From: an uncultured delta proteobacterium
GTDB lineage: Bacteria; Desulfobacterota; Syntrophorhabdia; Syntrophorhabdales; WCHB1-27
DNA length: 64,000 bases
Assembly (NCBI GenBank): GCA_963810935.1
Contig: CAWEPK010000012.1
Span: forward strand, 352,001-416,000
Reading direction: 5' to 3'
The translations under genes and the position numbers were made by a program. The notes under the pieces were generated by a model. That model was not told the origin of the DNA. It searched no databases and saw nothing but the letters and a program-made list of their open reading frames with translations. The first letter of the stretch is position 1, and every line of letters starts with the position of its first letter. Shown here piece by piece: positions 27,513 to 37,769 of the stretch.

Positions 27513-29441
27513 TTACGTCACTGCTTCTATCTCGGCTGTTGTGCTGTAATAGGCCGCCATTTCGCCCGACGTGGAGACGCGGCATTCGGTAAGCTGGTTG
27601 ACCCCGCCGTTGTGCTTCATCCACGTGCCGTAATCTATCGCGATGATGTCCTCGCCCACGTCGTCAGAAAGGCGCACTTCCACGTCGAGCTCGCCGGCGC
27701 CTGTCCTTACGGTTGCGCGCGACCCGCTTTTCAGGCCTAGAGGGCCCGCAGCTTTCGTATGGAGAAGGGCCACCGGCACCTCCGGGTGCTCGTTCTCCAG
27801 GATGAGCGAGTTGAGCCACGTGTTGCTGAGTACGGAGAGCAGATGGAAAGGCCGGCCGCTTTCCTGCGCGGGTGGGAGCTTATCGACCAGTTCGAACCTG
27901 CCGGAAGGCGTCTTGAACGTCCCACCCTCGAAAGCAACCTGCGGCGCGACCGGGCAGCGGACGGGTGATTCCATGAGCTTTTCCACGGTCAGCCCCAGCC
28001 GTTCCATCGGCGACATCAGCCGTTTGAGCCATTCCCGGGTCGTGCCTGCCATCTCGTCTCCAAGCCCGCACCGGAGCGCCAGCTCCTGTACGATGCGCAG
28101 GTCCGATTTCGCCTCCCCGGGCGGCTCTATCGCGGCGTTGACCGGGCCGATCCAGTTGTGGCCCCATGAGACGACGACGTCGTCTTCCTCAAGGAACGTC
28201 GCGGCGGGAAGGAAGATGTCCGCAAGCTCGGCGGTGTCGGTCATGAAGTGATCGACGACTACCACGAAATCAAGCCCTTTAAGCGCCTTGATGACGCTGT
28301 GGGAATCGGGGCACGAGGCTGCGGGGTTCGTGCCGTTGATCCAGATCATGCGGACAGGCGGGTCTTTCGACTCGAGTATGCCGGGCCCCAGGCGCGGCTC
28401 GGAGATGAGCCGGTGGCTGCGGGCGATGGGGGCCATCACCTTCGGGTCGAAATGGCGCCTTGTCGCAAAACCGTGGTTGACTCCGCCTCCGGCCTTACCG
28501 ATGTTGCCCGTCAGGCAGCCGAGGGCATCGATCAGGCGGATCATATCAGGGCCGTGGACCCACTTGTTTATACCGTAGCCGAGGATGATGGACGCAGGCC
28601 GCGCGTTGCCGTAGAGTGCTGCGAGTGCCTCTATAGTCCGGCTGTCGATGCCGCAGCGTTCGCATATCTCATCCGTGCTTACGGACGCGGCCATTGCCTC
28701 GAACTTATCGTAGCCCGCGGCATGCTCTTCTATGAAGGCGCGGTCGGTAAGCCCGGTCCTGATAAGCTCCTTCGCTATGCCGAGGGCCAAAAACCCGTCG
28801 CTGCCTGCCTTCGGGGCGATGTACATATCGGCCAGGGCCGCAGTTTTCGTTTTTATGGGATCGACAAGGATAACCTTCGTCCCGTTCTTCTGCGCCTCCT
28901 TCAGAAATGGAACGATGTGGCGGCTCGACTTGACCGGGTCCTTGCCCCAGATGATAACGACCTTGCTGTTGACTACGTCGGACGGGTCGTTCCCGAGCCG
29001 CTCGCCCATGTCGGCCTTCTGCGCAGCCATTACGGAACCGGCGCAGAGCGAGCCCGTCTGCATCGTCACGTCGCCCAGGAGGTTGAAGAACCTCCTGACG
29101 AGGTGCTTCGACGCGCCCCACGAGGCGGAGCGCTGGAAGTGCATTATCGACGGCCAGCCGTATTCCTTGGCAAAAAAGGCGATCTTCGCCGCTATCGTAT
29201 CGAGCGCTTCATCCCACGAGATGCGCGCCCATCCGTCGGGCGTCTTCTTCATCGGGTGGAGCATCCTGTAAGGGCTGTAAATGCGCTGCGGGTATTTGTA
29301 GCCGCGCTTGCAAAGGTAGCCGCGCGTGAAGCCGTGGTCAGGGTTGCCCTTCACGGAGACGAGGCGGCCGTCCTCAACTTCGGCGATCATGCCGCAGTTG
29401 TCGGGGCAGTCGTCGGCGCAGGTAGTTATGATAGACTTCAT
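27513..29441 (-). CDS. Molybdopterin (bis-MGD) oxidoreductase catalytic subunit
   Basis: CADDCPDNC..C Fe-S motif, GNPDHGFTRGYLC, DHFMTDTAELADIFLPAA, C-terminal binding domain. Confidence 0.92.
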   Translation of the reverse strand: MKSIITTCADDCPDNCGMIAEVEDGRLVSVKGNPDHGFTRGYLCKRGYKYPQRIYSPYRMLHPMKKTPDGWARISWDEALDTIAAKIAFFAKEYGWPSIMHFQRSASWGASKHLVRRFFNLLGDVTMQTGSLCAGSVMAAQKADMGERLGNDPSDVVNSKVVIIWGKDPVKSSRHIVPFLKEAQKNGTKVILVDPIKTKTAALADMYIAPKAGSDGFLALGIAKELIRTGLTDRAFIEEHAAGYDKFEAMAASVSTDEICERCGIDSRTIEALAALYGNARPASIILGYGINKWVHGPDMIRLIDALGCLTGNIGKAGGGVNHGFATRRHFDPKVMAPIARSHRLISEPRLGPGILESKDPPVRMIWINGTNPAASCPDSHSVIKALKGLDFVVVVDHFMTDTAELADIFLPAATFLEEDDVVVSWGHNWIGPVNAAIEPPGEAKSDLRIVQELALRCGLGDEMAGTTREWLKRLMSPMERLGLTVEKLMESPVRCPVAPQVAFEGGTFKTPSGRFELVDKLPPAQESGRPFHLLSVLSNTWLNSLILENEHPEVPVALLHTKAAGPLGLKSGSRATVRTGAGELDVEVRLSDDVGEDIIAIDYGTWMKHNGGVNQLTECRVSTSGEMAAYYSTTAEIEAVT

Positions 29442-29465
29442 GCGAACACCTCCGCGAATAAATAA

Positions 29466-30170
29466 CTATATCCCGATACCGAGGTAGCGGACGAGTATCT
29501 CCTTGCGCCCCTGCAATTCCTCACGCGTCGCGCTGTGCTCTATCCTGCCCTTCACCATGAAGTAGACGCGGTCCGATAGCGCCAGGGTAAAGGGCACCTT
29601 CTCTTCGATCAGCAGGATAGTCATGCCCAGCTCGTTGAGCTTCTTTATGATCCCCTTGAGACTCGACACGAAAAGCGGCATCAGGCCGGTAGTCGGCTCG
29701 TCCAGAAGGAGCACTTGCGGGTCTTTGACGATGGCCCGCGAGATGGCGAGGGCCTGCTGCTCCCCTCCGCTTAACGACCCCGCCTTTTGGCCCAGCCTGC
29801 CTTTCAGGTTGGGGAAGAGGTCGAAGACCTTGTCCAGCCCGTCGCCGGGACGCCTGCCGACCATGCCTGTTTTCAGGTTTTCGAGGACGGTCATCTTCGG
29901 GAAAAGGTGCCTTCCCTGCGGCACGTACGCTATGCCCTTCCGCGCGATCCTGTACGTCTCACGGCCCGCAATCTCCTCGCCGCCCAGAAGTATGCTCCCG
30001 GACTTGGACTTCACGAGGCCCATTATGGTGCCGAGGGTCGTCGTCTTCCCCGCCCCGTTCCGGCCCAGGAGCGACACGATCTCTCCCTTCTCCAGATCGA
30101 GCGAGACGCCCTGCAGGATATGGCTCTTGCCGTAATAGGTATGGATATCCCGGACGCTTAAGATGCTCAT
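29466..30170 (-). CDS. Liv-type ABC transporter ATPase (LivF-like)
   Basis: GRNGAGKT, LSGGEQQ, LLDEP. Confidence 0.92.
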   Translation of the reverse strand: MSILSVRDIHTYYGKSHILQGVSLDLEKGEIVSLLGRNGAGKTTTLGTIMGLVKSKSGSILLGGEEIAGRETYRIARKGIAYVPQGRHLFPKMTVLENLKTGMVGRRPGDGLDKVFDLFPNLKGRLGQKAGSLSGGEQQALAISRAIVKDPQVLLLDEPTTGLMPLFVSSLKGIIKKLNELGMTILLIEEKVPFTLALSDRVYFMVKGRIEHSATREELQGRKEILVRYLGIGI

Positions 30171-30925
30171 TCCGTATCCCCGATGTAGAGCCGCTGCACC
30201 TCCGCGTTGCTGCCGATGATGTCGCAAGTGCCTTCAGCGATGACGCGGCCGAAACTCAGCACGGTGAGGTTGTGGCAGAGCCGCAAAATAAGGTCCATAT
30301 CGTGCTCTATGAGGAGTATGGACATGCTCTGCGACAGGCGCTCGATCAGCTCCACGATCGCATCGGCCTCGTTGGGCCCGACCCCCTGGGTAGGCTCGTC
30401 GAGGAGGAGCAGCGACGGCTGCGTGCTGAGGGCCATTGCGATCTCGAGGACCTTCTGGTCGCCGTAGGATAGGTTCGAGGCGAGGTCCTTCATCTTGTCC
30501 CGGAGGCCGACAAGGCTGCATATCTCCTCCGTCCTTTCCCGCGTTTTTTTCAGCTTGTCCGCTTTCGAGAAGAACAGGCTGCCTCCCTTCATCTGCGAAT
30601 AGACGCCGACCCACACGGAATCGAACACGCTCATGTCGGGGAATACGAAGGTAAGCTGGAATGTCCGGCCGAGCCCCTTGCGGCAGATGACGTGGGGCGG
30701 CAGGCCGGTTATCTCCTCCCCTTTGAGGAGTATGCGCCCGGAGCTGGCCTTCAGCTCCCCGGTGATAAGGTTGAAGAGCGTTGTCTTGCCCGCTCCGTTC
30801 GGGCCGATGACCCCCCTTATCTCGCCTTTCTTTATCGACGTCGTTACGCCGTCAACGGCCACCATGCCGCCGAAGTGGCGCGATACGTTGACGATCTCGA
30901 GGAGGGTTTCGCTTTCGGCCGTCAT
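30167..30925 (-). CDS. Liv-type ABC transporter ATPase (LivG-like)
   Basis: GPNGAGKT, LSYGDQK, LLDEP, IEHDM. Confidence 0.92.
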   Translation of the reverse strand: MTAESETLLEIVNVSRHFGGMVAVDGVTTSIKKGEIRGVIGPNGAGKTTLFNLITGELKASSGRILLKGEEITGLPPHVICRKGLGRTFQLTFVFPDMSVFDSVWVGVYSQMKGGSLFFSKADKLKKTRERTEEICSLVGLRDKMKDLASNLSYGDQKVLEIAMALSTQPSLLLLDEPTQGVGPNEADAIVELIERLSQSMSILLIEHDMDLILRLCHNLTVLSFGRVIAEGTCDIIGSNAEVQRLYIGDTE

Positions 30926-31854
30926 TTTGCGCCCCTTTCAAGGATGTAGCCGAGGATCCCTTTTCTCGACACCTTCAGGATGACAAGCACGAGGATGCCG
31001 AAAAGCAAAAGGTAATAGGTGAACCACGCGCTCACGTAGTATTGGAAGAGCGACATGAGCACCGCGCCCAGCCACGGCCCTGCAAGCGTGCCGAGCCCGC
31101 CCACGAGGCACCAGACGACGGGCAGGACGGACCAATAGAAAGAGAAGTAATCGGCCGACGCGTACCGGAGCGTAAGGGCATAGAGGGCGCCTGCCAGCGA
31201 GACCATCCCCGCCGATATGACGAAAGCGATCAACTTGTACAGGAAGACGTCGTACCCGAGGAAGCGCACCCGCTTCTCGTTCTCCCTTATCGACACGAAT
31301 ATCTTGCCGAGGGGCGCACTCGCGATGCGCTCCAGGAAAAGATAGGCCAGCACCAAAAAAAGCAGCACGAAGTAGTAATTCGCGAACGGGTTGTAAAGGG
31401 AGAGCTTGACGCCGCCGAGCGCGAGCGGCGGCACGCTCACGGTCAGGCCGTCGTCGCCGCCGGTCAGCCACGTGAGGTCCATTGCGAGGAGGTGGAAGAC
31501 GGCCGATATAATGGCGGTCACTATGACGAAGTATGCCTCCGACAGCCTGACGCAGATAACGCCGACCAGCACCGCGAAGCAAAGCCCCGCCCCCACGCCG
31601 CATGCCAGCGATGCTATGAAGCCCACCTTGAGGTGCATTATCGCCAGGACGGTGCCGTACGCGCCGACGCCGAAAAAGATGGAATGGCCCAGGCTGCACT
31701 GCTGCGTCAGGCCCAGGCAGACGTCGTACCCCATCGCAAAGATGGAGAAGATCATCATCTGTATGACGAGCGAGCGCGCCCCGGCGGGCAGCAGTACCCC
31801 GAGGACCGTAAAGACCCCAAGGGCAATGAGTGCGAAGCTCCGCCGGTCGACCAT
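30922..31854 (-). CDS. Liv-type ABC permease (LivM-like)
   Basis: SLGHSIFFGVGAY, TGGDDG, IRENE, GGLGTLAGP. Confidence 0.9.
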   Translation of the reverse strand: MVDRRSFALIALGVFTVLGVLLPAGARSLVIQMMIFSIFAMGYDVCLGLTQQCSLGHSIFFGVGAYGTVLAIMHLKVGFIASLACGVGAGLCFAVLVGVICVRLSEAYFVIVTAIISAVFHLLAMDLTWLTGGDDGLTVSVPPLALGGVKLSLYNPFANYYFVLLFLVLAYLFLERIASAPLGKIFVSIRENEKRVRFLGYDVFLYKLIAFVISAGMVSLAGALYALTLRYASADYFSFYWSVLPVVWCLVGGLGTLAGPWLGAVLMSLFQYYVSAWFTYYLLLFGILVLVILKVSRKGILGYILERGAK

Positions 31855-32723
31855 TACCGCTCTGCGCCTCCGAAGAGCCCCTTCGGCCTCACCATGAGGA
31901 CTGCGACCATGACGACAAAGATTGCTGCCTTCGATAGGGTGGGACTGAGGAAGCTGGTCATGACGCCCTCCAGGGAGCAAAGTCCGAGGGCGGCGATGAG
32001 CGTGCCTTCGAGGCTCCCTAAGCCCCCGACGATGACGACAATGAAAGCGAGGAGGGCGACGTCGTTGCCCATGAGATAAGACACCTGCGTCACCGGGGCG
32101 GCCAGCACGCCGCCAACGGCGGCAAGCACGCTGCCCAGCACAAACGTCGTTATGAGGATCTTATTCGTGTCGATGCCCATTGCCGCGGCCATGTCCCTGT
32201 CCTGGATCGACGCCCTTATAAGGATGCCGTAGGGGGTCCGGTAGAGGAAGAGCCAGATGGCCGCGATAATCGCGATGGATATGGCGGCTATAAGCAGCCG
32301 GTAGCCCGAATAATCGACGCCTAGGAAATGGAAGGAGACGGGGAAAGGATCGACCATCTTCTTGGGGATGCCGCCGTACCAGGCGAGCGAGAGCTGCTGG
32401 AGGATGAAGGAGATGCCCACCGTGGCGATCATCGTCACCGAATGATAGCCTTCGTAGGGCCGCAGGATATAACGCTCTATCGGCCAGGCGATGAGGGCGA
32501 TGATAAGCGGGACCACGATAAGCGCCAGCCAGAAATTGCCGAGCACCGGGAAAAGCGCGAACCCCAGGACCGCGCCCACCATGTAGAAGTCGCCGTGGGC
32601 CATGTTGACTATGCCCATCACACCGAAGATGAGCGAAAGACCGAGCGATATGAGGGCTACGATAAGCCCCCATATCAACCCGTTCATCAGAAGAAAAAGT
32701 ATATTGAGCAGCCAATCCGGCAT
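31854..32723 (-). CDS. Liv-type ABC permease (LivH-like)
   Basis: LGLSLIFGVMGIVNMAHG, GGLGSLEG, VRPKGLFG. Confidence 0.92.
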   Translation of the reverse strand: MPDWLLNILFLLMNGLIWGLIVALISLGLSLIFGVMGIVNMAHGDFYMVGAVLGFALFPVLGNFWLALIVVPLIIALIAWPIERYILRPYEGYHSVTMIATVGISFILQQLSLAWYGGIPKKMVDPFPVSFHFLGVDYSGYRLLIAAISIAIIAAIWLFLYRTPYGILIRASIQDRDMAAAMGIDTNKILITTFVLGSVLAAVGGVLAAPVTQVSYLMGNDVALLAFIVVIVGGLGSLEGTLIAALGLCSLEGVMTSFLSPTLSKAAIFVVMVAVLMVRPKGLFGGAER

Positions 32724-32730
32724 GGCTTTT

Positions 32731-33969
32731 TCAGAACTGCTCTTTCGTGAAATCTGCGAGCGGCGCGTATGCCCCTTCGCCCGACGGTATCCTGTCTACG
32801 ACCTGCAGGTCGCCTTTCACTACACGCTCGATATAGAGGCTCACGATTGCGAGGTGGTCGGCCGCCCTGAAGTAGCCGTCGCCCTGCGGGAAATCGACGC
32901 TCTCCTTCCAGTGCATCCCCTCGATGGCCTTAATCAGCTTGGGCGTGTCTTCCTTGCCCTGCCAGCCTGTTTTTTCTATGGCGTTCTTCAGGACGGACAT
33001 CGTCTCCCACATCGCCCAGTTGTAAGCGAGGACGAACCTGGTGCCCGTGCCGGTCTCTTTTCCGTCGTCACCCACGCCCAGCAACTGGCGGAAGGTCCTG
33101 TCCGCCTTCGTAGGAAGGCCGTTGAACTTCGTCGGGAAGGGGGTGATGCAGTACGTGCCTTCCGCGGGCGCGCCGATTGCCTTGATGTCCTGGGCGGAAA
33201 GCGCGTAGACAGCGCCCAGCTTCTTTATGTCGGGCCTGACCGCGTGGAGGTCCCTTATGAACGACAGGAAGTCGGACCCGAAGTTCGCGAAGAAAACGGC
33301 CTCGGCGTCCTTCGGTATCTTGCCTTTCAGGTACGGCAGCCAATCGCTGGTGCCGAGGGGCACGCGGATTGATTCGAGGACCGTGCCGCCGTTCTCTTTG
33401 ACGGCCTTGGCAAAGTCCTGCTCGTTCGACCAGCCCCACGCGTAGTTCGCGACGACCGTGACCCACTTCTTTCCGATCTTGCTCGTCGCGTACTTGGCCA
33501 CAGCCGTCACCTCCTCCCGGACGTTCGTGCTCGCCTGGAAGACATACCTGTTGCCCTTCTCCGCGGCTACTTCCGTCGCAGAAACGCATGGGAAGTAAGG
33601 CACCTTCAGCTCCTTCGCGATGGGGGCGCAGGCGATAGCGACGCCCGAGCTGTTCGAGTCAAGCACGAAATCGACGCCCGTCGTCTCGATCAGCTTCCTG
33701 AACTTGAGTGCCCCGACCGAGGGCTTGCTCTCCGTGTCTTCCACGTAAAGCTCGACCTGACGGCCCGCGATGCCGCCTTCCTTGTTGATCCGCGCTACGG
33801 CGGCCCGCACGGTCTTCTCGTGGGAATACCCGTATGCGGCAAGGCCGCCCGTTTTGTCCGCAACCATGCCTATCTTGATCGGTTTCTTCTTCGCCTGCCC
33901 GTAGGCGACCATATTCATACCGGCAAGAAGGGCTATTCCGATAACAACTACGGCAATCAGTTTTTTCAT
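32731..33969 (-). CDS. Liv-type ABC substrate-binding protein
   Basis: Signal peptide, INKEGGIAGRQVEL..EDT, NYAWG. Confidence 0.9.
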   Translation of the reverse strand: MKKLIAVVVIGIALLAGMNMVAYGQAKKKPIKIGMVADKTGGLAAYGYSHEKTVRAAVARINKEGGIAGRQVELYVEDTESKPSVGALKFRKLIETTGVDFVLDSNSSGVAIACAPIAKELKVPYFPCVSATEVAAEKGNRYVFQASTNVREEVTAVAKYATSKIGKKWVTVVANYAWGWSNEQDFAKAVKENGGTVLESIRVPLGTSDWLPYLKGKIPKDAEAVFFANFGSDFLSFIRDLHAVRPDIKKLGAVYALSAQDIKAIGAPAEGTYCITPFPTKFNGLPTKADRTFRQLLGVGDDGKETGTGTRFVLAYNWAMWETMSVLKNAIEKTGWQGKEDTPKLIKAIEGMHWKESVDFPQGDGYFRAADHLAIVSLYIERVVKGDLQVVDRIPSGEGAYAPLADFTKEQF

Positions 33970-34154
33970 ACATGTCCTCCAGGCGGGTAGCTTGAGTATG
34001 CTATCTGAAATCCTTGATTAATGGTGTTTAATTAAATTAAATTTTATTTACTTTGTCAAGGCTTTTGTCGCAGATTTTCCTTTACTTTCAATGGAAAACA
34101 TCCTATTCATATTGTCGGAAAGACACCGAAATAAAAAGCCAGGAAAGGACCGCC

Positions 34155-35318
34155 ATGCCGAAGCCCGCTTATAGAATAGAGAAAATCCCGCCCTATCTTT
34201 TTGCCCGCATCGATAAGAAAAAAGCGGAGGCGCGCAGCAGGGGGATCGACCTGGTAGACCTGGGCGTGGGCGACCCCGACCTTCCGACGCCTTCTCACAT
34301 CGTCGAGGCAATGCAGAAGGCGCTGACGGACCCGAAAAACCACAGGTATCCCGACTATGAGGGCACACCCGCGCTAAGGCGGGCCGCAGCCGAATGGTTC
34401 TTTAAAAGATACGGCGTAAAGCTCGACCCGGACACGGAAGTGCTCATCCTCATCGGCTCGAAGGAAGGGATAGCGCACATCCCCTGGGCATACCTCGAAG
34501 AAGGAGACGTAGCACTCGTCCCCTCGCCCGGTTACCCCGTCTATAAAGTGATGACGCTACTTGCGGGAGGCACGCCCTACTTCATGCCGCTTCGGGAAGA
34601 GAACGAGTTCCGGCCCGTTTTCGACGACATCCCGGAAGACGTGAAAAAAAAGGCAAAGCTCTGCTTCCTTAACTATCCGAACAACCCGACGGGCGCGTAC
34701 GGAGACGACGCGCTCTACGAGAAGGCAATCGAGCTCGCCGCGAAATACGATATCCTCATCTGCCATGACGCGGCTTACAGCGAGCTGACTTACGACGGCT
34801 ACACGGCAAAGAGCATCCTGGAGTTCGACAGGGAAAAACGCTACTCCATCGAGTTCCTGTCCCTCTCCAAGACGTACTGCATGACAGGCTGGAGGGTAGC
34901 CTTTGCGGTGGGGAACGCGGAAGCCATACAGAACCTCGGCAAGCTCAAGACGAACATCGATTCCGGCGTTTTCCTGGCGATACAGGAGGCCGCGATAACG
35001 GCGCTGTCCGGCAGCCAGGACTGCGTGGCCGATGTAAAGAAGGTTTTCCAGAGGAGGCGCGACATCGCGGTGGACGGCCTTGCATCCCTGGGGATCAAGG
35101 TACGCAAGCCGCGCGCTACGTTCTACATTTGGGCCCATGTGCCGAAAGGCTATACGTCGGCCGAATTCGCCGAGATGCTGATCGAGAAGACCGGTGTAGT
35201 CGTCACCCCCGGAAGCGGCTTCGGCGACGAGGGCGAGGGATATTTCAGGGTCTCCATAACAGCACCCGTTGAGCGCATCAAAGAGGCCATCGAGCGCCTC
35301 CGCAAGCTGAGCCTGTAG
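34155..35318 (+). CDS. dapL: LL-diaminopimelate aminotransferase
   Basis: IPPYLFARID, LGVGDPD, GSKEGIAH, NYPNNPTG, HDAAYSE, SLSKTYCMTGWR. Confidence 0.88.
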   Translation: MPKPAYRIEKIPPYLFARIDKKKAEARSRGIDLVDLGVGDPDLPTPSHIVEAMQKALTDPKNHRYPDYEGTPALRRAAAEWFFKRYGVKLDPDTEVLILIGSKEGIAHIPWAYLEEGDVALVPSPGYPVYKVMTLLAGGTPYFMPLREENEFRPVFDDIPEDVKKKAKLCFLNYPNNPTGAYGDDALYEKAIELAAKYDILICHDAAYSELTYDGYTAKSILEFDREKRYSIEFLSLSKTYCMTGWRVAFAVGNAEAIQNLGKLKTNIDSGVFLAIQEAAITALSGSQDCVADVKKVFQRRRDIAVDGLASLGIKVRKPRATFYIWAHVPKGYTSAEFAEMLIEKTGVVVTPGSGFGDEGEGYFRVSITAPVERIKEAIERLRKLSL

Positions 35319-35347
35319 GGGCCGGGGACACCCTGACGGGTAAAGAC

Positions 35348-35935
35348 GTGATCGCTCCATCCGATATCATAGGCAGGAAGATCGTCATTGCCGGAGACGT
35401 GAATACCGGCAAGACCACCCTCACAAAAAAACTTCTCGACGTCCTCTGCACAGGCGGGCTGGCCGGACGCATAGCAGTCATCGACATGGCGCCCGACATC
35501 CCCGCAGACGTGGCGGCAGCACGCGGCCTGAAAGGCGTCGGCGGCAAGCTCGCCCCCGTCCAGGAAGGCGTCTCCTACCTCATTGCACACATCCGCGCCC
35601 CAAGGCTCACTTCCAAAACAGAAGAAGAGGCGCTGATCGTCGCAGAAGAGAACAGGGCGAAGGTCGAGGCGCTGTTCGAGGCGTACCGGGCCGGCGGGCG
35701 GGATATTCTTTTTATGAACGATGCGAGCATCTACTTGCAGGCGGGTAAGGCGGACGACCTGCTGCGCCTTATGGCGCCCGCGTCCACTGTAGTGGCGAAC
35801 GCCTATTACGGCAGGGCATTGGGCGCAGGCAGCCTGTCGGCGCATGAGGCGGAAGAGACGGGCAGGCTTATGGCTGCCTTCGCAACCTGCGTATATGCAC
35901 CCGTAGCCTCTATCGAAGAAGCCCTGAAAGGATAG
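35348..35935 (+). CDS. Uncharacterised P-loop NTPase
   Basis: Walker A GDVNTGKT, ILFMND Walker B-like. Confidence 0.7.
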   Translation: MIAPSDIIGRKIVIAGDVNTGKTTLTKKLLDVLCTGGLAGRIAVIDMAPDIPADVAAARGLKGVGGKLAPVQEGVSYLIAHIRAPRLTSKTEEEALIVAEENRAKVEALFEAYRAGGRDILFMNDASIYLQAGKADDLLRLMAPASTVVANAYYGRALGAGSLSAHEAEETGRLMAAFATCVYAPVASIEEALKG

Positions 35936-35957
35936 CGGCCGCGCAGTTCCGGTTTAC

Positions 35958-36140
35958 TTACTCCGCGCTGTCTTCCCTGAAAAAATTGGTGAGGAATTCG
36001 CCGTCTTTGGGGGAAAGGTCGAACTTGAAGACGGCTTCTTCAACGAGGCGGTAAAGGGGCCGGTCGGTCTCCTGGCGGGCGGCCGATATCCACCTGATTG
36101 CCCTTCTGAGGTCCTCCCCTTCCGGTAATGGATAAGCCAT
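35958..36140 (-). CDS. Small (60 aa) helical hypothetical protein
   Basis: MAYPLPEGEDLRRAIRWIS..EEAVFKFDLSPKDGEFL, C-terminal part of ORF 35958-36875. Confidence 0.7.
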   Translation of the reverse strand: MAYPLPEGEDLRRAIRWISAARQETDRPLYRLVEEAVFKFDLSPKDGEFLTNFFREDSAE

Positions 36141-36190
36141 AACCAAATTATACGTCCAAACCAGCCGCTCGCGCAAGGGTCTCGTTTGAT

Positions 36191-36228
36191 AAAAAAAGCC
36201 CCCGGCGGACGCCATATTCGCCGGGGGC
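36191..36228 (-). terminator. Intrinsic terminator after the DUF39 gene
   Basis: GCCCCCGGCG stem plus 7 T on the minus strand. Confidence 0.8.
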
Positions 36229-36247
36229 CGCATAGTTGCCGTAAAAG

Positions 36248-37462
36248 CTACCGCGCCTGCCGCTTCGGTTTGCGCTCCTCCAGGAAGTGGCCCTTCTTCT
36301 GGGTCTCCGGACCGGGCAGAAGCTCCACTGCGCTTGTCAGGAAAAACCTGCCCGCCTTTATCCATTCCTTCAGTAGGTCGGCTATCTCCTTTGCCTTCGG
36401 ATAGCTCGACATCGGGAAGGTGCGGACCTCTTTCCCGTCCACCTTTATCGTGCCGCTTTTCAGCTCCGCGTAGCTCGCCTCGCCGAGGCTTCTCGCTATC
36501 CTCTCCGGGTAATCGCCCCCGTAATCGACGATCTGCGTGTAAAGGTCCTTGTCCCGCCTCGACGTGAAATAGGCCATCTCCTCGTCGATAATCGGGATGG
36601 GTACGCCCAGGCCGACCATTAGCGTCGCCCCGTAGCCCATGAAGCTCGCTCCTGCAAGGAACCGGGGGCTCATCTGCTTGGCGTCGCCCGTAACTGCGAG
36701 CGTACCCGCAGGCGCCCTCACCAAACCGTCGGGGCTGCGCAGTCCGCCTGGGTTGTGCTGCGTGCCGTGGCCTGCCACGTAGCCAACGCCGCCGCCTAAG
36801 AAGATGCGCGTCCCCATGCCGATGGTGCGGTATTTCGGGTCTTTCAAAAGCGGGGAAAGCTGCCCCGCGCTGCAATAATTCGCGTTCCCCATGTTCGGCT
36901 TCAGCATGCCCATGTAAGTGTAAATGACCTTCTGGGTGAGGTTCACCGCAATGTTGTAGTTCTGGTACGAGTTGCGCGGGTTGAAGATCTGCGCCTCGTT
37001 CACCGTCTCCTTGTTTATGTAGGTCTCGATCCTCTTTCTGGGGTAGCAGTCCGTCCCGTAGGCGGTCGCGGACAGCTTGATATCCTTACCCGCGACGAAG
37101 TCCTCGATAACGTGGCCGCCGCCGTAGTTGAAGCTCCCCGGATAGACCTGGTTCCGCGGGTCGTCGTCCGCCATCGCGGTCGCGCCGATGTAGACATCGA
37201 CTGCGGCAAGGCCGGTGTAACAGGGGATATTGTTCAGCGTGCACGTGCCGCCGCCGATCTTTATCCTCGGCTTCGAGTGGCCGAGGTTGAGGAACATGCC
37301 GCTAGAGCACATCGGGCCGAAGGTCCCGGTGGTGACTACATCCACCTCTGCAGCCGCCGCCTTTGCGCCCTTCCTGTCTACAATATCGGCCATCTCCTCG
37401 GCGTTGACGACTACGACGTCGCCGCGCTTTATTTTCTCGTTTATCTCTTCAATTGTCTTCAA
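36248..37462 (-). CDS. DUF39 homocysteine biosynthesis protein (aspartate-semialdehyde sulfurtransferase, MJ0100/MA1821-like, no CBS domains)
   Basis: KTIEEINEKI, VDVVTTGTFGPMCSSG, YGGGHVIE, TAYGTDCYP, GTQHNP. Confidence 0.88.
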   Translation of the reverse strand: MKTIEEINEKIKRGDVVVVNAEEMADIVDRKGAKAAAAEVDVVTTGTFGPMCSSGMFLNLGHSKPRIKIGGGTCTLNNIPCYTGLAAVDVYIGATAMADDDPRNQVYPGSFNYGGGHVIEDFVAGKDIKLSATAYGTDCYPRKRIETYINKETVNEAQIFNPRNSYQNYNIAVNLTQKVIYTYMGMLKPNMGNANYCSAGQLSPLLKDPKYRTIGMGTRIFLGGGVGYVAGHGTQHNPGGLRSPDGLVRAPAGTLAVTGDAKQMSPRFLAGASFMGYGATLMVGLGVPIPIIDEEMAYFTSRRDKDLYTQIVDYGGDYPERIARSLGEASYAELKSGTIKVDGKEVRTFPMSSYPKAKEIADLLKEWIKAGRFFLTSAVELLPGPETQKKGHFLEERKPKRQAR

Positions 37463-37614
37463 TTGTTTCCCCCTTGAAATAGATTACGGCAGTAACGGGT
37501 CTTAGATCGCCCCTCTATCGGGGCCGCCCATTATCCATAATTTATCCAAGCTCATGAGAACCATCCAGGAGGATTTGATGATGCTGCCCTATGATAAGCC
37601 AACAGGCGTGCCGC

Positions 37615-37769
37615 TGTCAAGCGGCGCGAATTGGTTTGAATACTTCATAGATTGTGACTGCCGGAACGACAAGATCGGACGTCTTCTAAAGGGGACGGGC
37701 AAAGAAAGAGGCGTTGGGACCTTCGGCGAAATACTCAAGCCAGCCGGAAGAATCGACAATGTTCATCAT
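37615..37769 (-). pseudogene. Truncated VapC/PIN toxin
   Basis: MNIVDSSGWLEYF..RPL[TAG 37686-37688]KTSDLVVPAVTIYEVFK, then similarity is lost. Confidence 0.75.
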
